64,000 bases of DNA from positions 32,488,001 to 32,552,000 of the forward strand of contig CP158635.1 of assembly GCA_050273025.1 (NCBI GenBank), written 5' to 3'. Below the pieces are notes generated by a model. It was not told where the DNA came from. It saw only the letters and a list, made by a program, of their open reading frames with translations, and ran no database searches. The translations under genes were made by a program, and so were the position numbers. Of this stretch, positions 60,315 through 64,000 are shown piece after piece. Every line of letters starts with the position of its first letter. Within the stretch, counting starts at the first letter, position 1. This stretch comes from Cenococcum geophilum (Eukaryota).

Positions 60315-63300
60315 TGTTACGGCATTGGCAGAACTTGGTAGAACTTCGCGGTTACGTGACTAGAGGACTGTATAAAAGAACCCTACTTCAACCGGCGCTG
60401 CTCTTCTTCTCCTTTCCTTTCTCTAGCTTTAGATCCTCGTTTATAAACTACTAATCATACAGGCTTACGCGTCCCTCTTGCCGTACTCGTGCCTTAATTA
60501 ACTAAGTCGCTAACATTATCTAAAGCTTAACTACCCTTTCTTCCTAAGAAGGAACTTAAATATATTTATAGACCATAAACTAGAATAGAACATAGAATTA
60601 AACCTAAAGAATATTACTAGAACTAGAAGAATAGAAAAGAATAATAAGACCTATAGAATACGCACAGACTAAAACCCCTGCAGAATCCTACTGGAGGTTA
60701 CCCTAACAACTATACTACAATGCTAAGAAATATAGCAGCTGGCAAAGCAGCCGTAGGACCCTTAAATACCTCCGATAGTGAAATAGCAACTAACTTAAAC
60801 TTCTAAGTAGAGCTTATAGTAGCTAATGCCGAAATTAAACGACTTTAAGAGCTGCTTAAAGCTAGAGAACCCCCTACGCCTAGTAAGGAATTATTAGACA
60901 CCTAAAGACTTACTACGGTCTTTAAGGCTCTAGCCTAACGTACAGCATTAGCATTATCGCGGTCCATAAAGGTTGTGGACCCCCCGTTGCTTACAGATAA
61001 AACTAACCCTATATTTAATAATTAGAAGCTTTAATTATAGAATAAGCTCGAAGTTAATGCAGACTACTTCCCTACTACTTAGGCTAAAATAGCCTACGTC
61101 TTTAGCCGTACCGGTGGGGATATATAGACGTACCTATGTCCGCGGTACGTATAGGACTTAGTAAAGCCCTTCCTCTCTAAAAAAGAGATAATTATCTACC
61201 TATCTTCTATTTATAAGAACCCCTTTAAAGTATAGAACGCCCGACTTAATTATAAAAGCCTAAATATAAAAACGACAGAGACCTTCTTAGCCTTTTAGAC
61301 CCGCTTTCTGCACCTAGCCAGCCAGGCTTAAATTCCTTAGGAAGATTTAATATTAGACCTATTTAACAAGCTTACCCTAGACCTACAGCGAGCCGTACTG
61401 CTAGTTTTTACTACTGTATAGACGCTAAAGGAACTTATAGACTAGTGCTTAGCTATTAACTAAGGCCTTTACCGAATTAAGGTATATGCCGAACGGTATA
61501 AAGCTAGAAACCCTTTAAATTAGACTATAAGCAATATAAAAACGGCCCGTAATACCCCGGCATAATTAGCAACCCCTATAGCACTACCTGTATAGCCTAC
61601 CGCCAATTTAGCAGCTAGCCGTGCGGCTAGCCCTACTATAGGTCTGGCAAATGCTCGGCCTATATATAGCAACCCCTATATATAGGCCCTTAGTAATTAA
61701 GGAGCTTACTTCTCTTATAAACAGAAAGGTTATTATATAAAGGATTACCTAATAAACGCGAAAGTGGACGAGGTTCTATTAATCTAGAAGAATAGCGCGG
61801 AGTTAGAAAAAGAGGAACCTTAAAGGAAAACTCCTCTTTAGGGTTAAAAGGGATTAACATATCAGATATTAATTTGGGTTAGCTAGTTAGTAAAAAAAGC
61901 TATACTATCCCTTATACTTTATTCCGCAATAAATACTAAGTTTTAACCTCTGCTTTAGCTAACTCTAGAGTAAATGCCTTTACTTTAATAGACACCTAGT
62001 ATACCGTAAAGCTAGCTAACTTTCTAAATATACCTATTAAAGAACTACCTAAACTAATTCCTATCTGTGGGTATAATAGGCGGATAGGACTACCTATTAC
62101 AACTATCTTGCGGATTTACCTCTGTGTTAACGGATAAAGGTAGTATAACGCCCCCTTCTTTATTACGGACCTAGGTAGCTATAATATAATCTTAGGGCAA
62201 AAATAGCTAGCCTATTTAGGCTTATAGCTTAATATACGGAGTAAACGGCTTACCTAGCCTAAAACCCTACCCCTAACCCCTTCCTTTATAAAAGAAATCA
62301 GCATTATAATAGAAAACCTTATACGGCCCTAGATTAATACTATTTACTAGGCCGATGCTATACGTAGGGACTAGGCCTTTAAGAAAGATATATAGCTTAA
62401 TTTATAATGGATCCGTATACTATATCGCCCCTAAACTACCTATATTACACCACCCGCATTAAAAACCTAGAAAGTTAATAGTAACCTAAAAAAGCCCCCT
62501 ATAGAGAGCTTAGGCCCTATACAGCTACAAAGAACAATAAGGGATGTTAAATATTATACTAAACTAATAAATTGGAGGGATAACCTATAAAAGATAGAAT
62601 AGGAGCTAAGAAAGATTATAAACCCTAAACTATAAAATACGGTCCGGAAAACGGCTATAAGAAAACTAGCGGACCTCCTACTAGTTAATATCTACTGTAT
62701 TAGTGCTATAGGATTCTACCAGAACTTAGTTTAGCTTAATACCATCGCCTTTATAACAAGCTTATACAAAATTAATTAAATAATTAAGGAAAAGGGAAAT
62801 AAGCTTAGTGGATAAGAAAGCGAGCTTATAGATAAGAAACTAGTAAAATAAAAGCTACCCTATTAATACTAGAAATTTAAGGATATATTCTCTAAAGCAG
62901 CGTTTAATATACTTTTACCTTACTAACTATATAATTATAAGATTAAGATTAAGTAGGGCAAAGAAAATACCCTTAGCTTTAGCCCCCTCTATAAGCAGTC
63001 TATTACCAAATTATAGGCTATAAAGTAGTATCTTATCAATAACCTAAATAAGGGCTTTATTAAGCCTAGCTAAGCCCCTTTTATCTTACCTATTCTCTTT
63101 ATTAAAAAGCTAAATAGAGGACTCCGCTTCTATATTAACTACTATAAGCTAAATAATATAACCCGCGAGGATCGCTATCTGCTACCCCTACTTAATAAAA
63201 CTCTAACCTAAATAAGTAGAGCTAAGGTCTTTATAAAGCTTAATATCCGCTAGGCCTTCTACCAAATTAGAATAAACCCTAGGTTTAAAATTTTTACTAT

Positions 63301-64000
63301 ATTTCGGACCTATTACGGAACGTATAAATATAAAGTGCTCCCTTTTAGACTAACTAACGGACTAGCTATATACCAGCGGTATATAAACAATATACTCTTT
63401 AACTACCTTAACAATTTCTATACGGCCTATTTAGATAATATTATAATCTACTCTAAAAACAAGCTAGAATATAAGGAGCATATCTATAAAGTCCTATAAC
63501 GGCTTTACAAGGCTAGTCTCTAGGTTAACATTAAGAGGTTAAAGTTTAGTATTAAGCGTATAAAGTACCTAGGTTTTATTATTAGTATAGACGGAATTAA
63601 AACCGACCTAGAGAAAACGGCTATAATTAACCAGTAGGCACCCCTACGGACCGTAAAGGGGGTATAATCCTTTTTAGGGTTTTATAACTTCTACTGACGC
63701 TTTATTAAGAACTATAGTAAGATCGCCCAGCCTCTTAACCGTCTTACTAGAAAAGACCAGCCCTTCTACTTTAACGCCATATATAGGTAGGCCTTTAATA
63801 AGCTTAAGAAACGGCTAGTATCGGCTCCCCTACTTGCCTATTTTAACCCGGAATAGCCCTTAATGCTAGAAACTAATATCTTAAAACGGCGTAATAGCTG
63901 GTATTTTTTCCCAGAAGCAACCGGACGGAGAGTAGCACCCTATTATATACTATTTAAAGACTATAATAGATGCCGAGCTAAATTAACACATCTATAATAA
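60315..64000 (+). mobile_element. Ty3/Gypsy family E: 5' LTR 60315-60515, gag, protease, RT; RIPed; runs off window
   Basis: TGTTACG...CGCTAACA LTR, zinc knuckle CFSC.QKGH..KDCP (~61705), ALADSG (~61950), AYLDD (~63425). Confidence 0.9.

Overview
Eukaryotic DNA from a filamentous ascomycete (spliceosomal introns, fungal genes, strong repeat-induced point mutation, RIP). There are three compartments. (1) 1-~41450 is an AT-rich, RIP-degenerated transposon nest that can be resolved by target-site duplications (TSDs): a Tc1-like relic holds Gypsy B, which holds chromovirus A1, which holds a Copia and A2; A2 holds a ribozyme-bearing non-LTR element and A3; A3 holds a PIF/Harbinger MITE, a solo LTR and a non-coding LTR element. 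A hAT-type non-autonomous element with a Helitron-like end closes the block. (2) ~41450-58760 is a gene island: secreted Ser/Thr-rich protein, DnaJ (Caj1/Djp1-like), eIF4E, squalene synthase ERG9, a HET-domain protein and a broken Gre2-like reductase. (3) 58763-end is a piggyBac relic containing a perfect 186-bp palindrome, interrupted by another Gypsy. The two most notable signals are a complete HDV-like self-cleaving ribozyme fold exactly at the 5' end of a ~1-kb TSD-flanked non-LTR element (14934-15955, minus strand), and an intron-containing antisense gene in all four chromovirus A copies whose de-RIPed product has Zn(II)2Cys6 spacing plus a coiled coil. All alignments and translations were done by eye, so coordinates may be off by a few bases.
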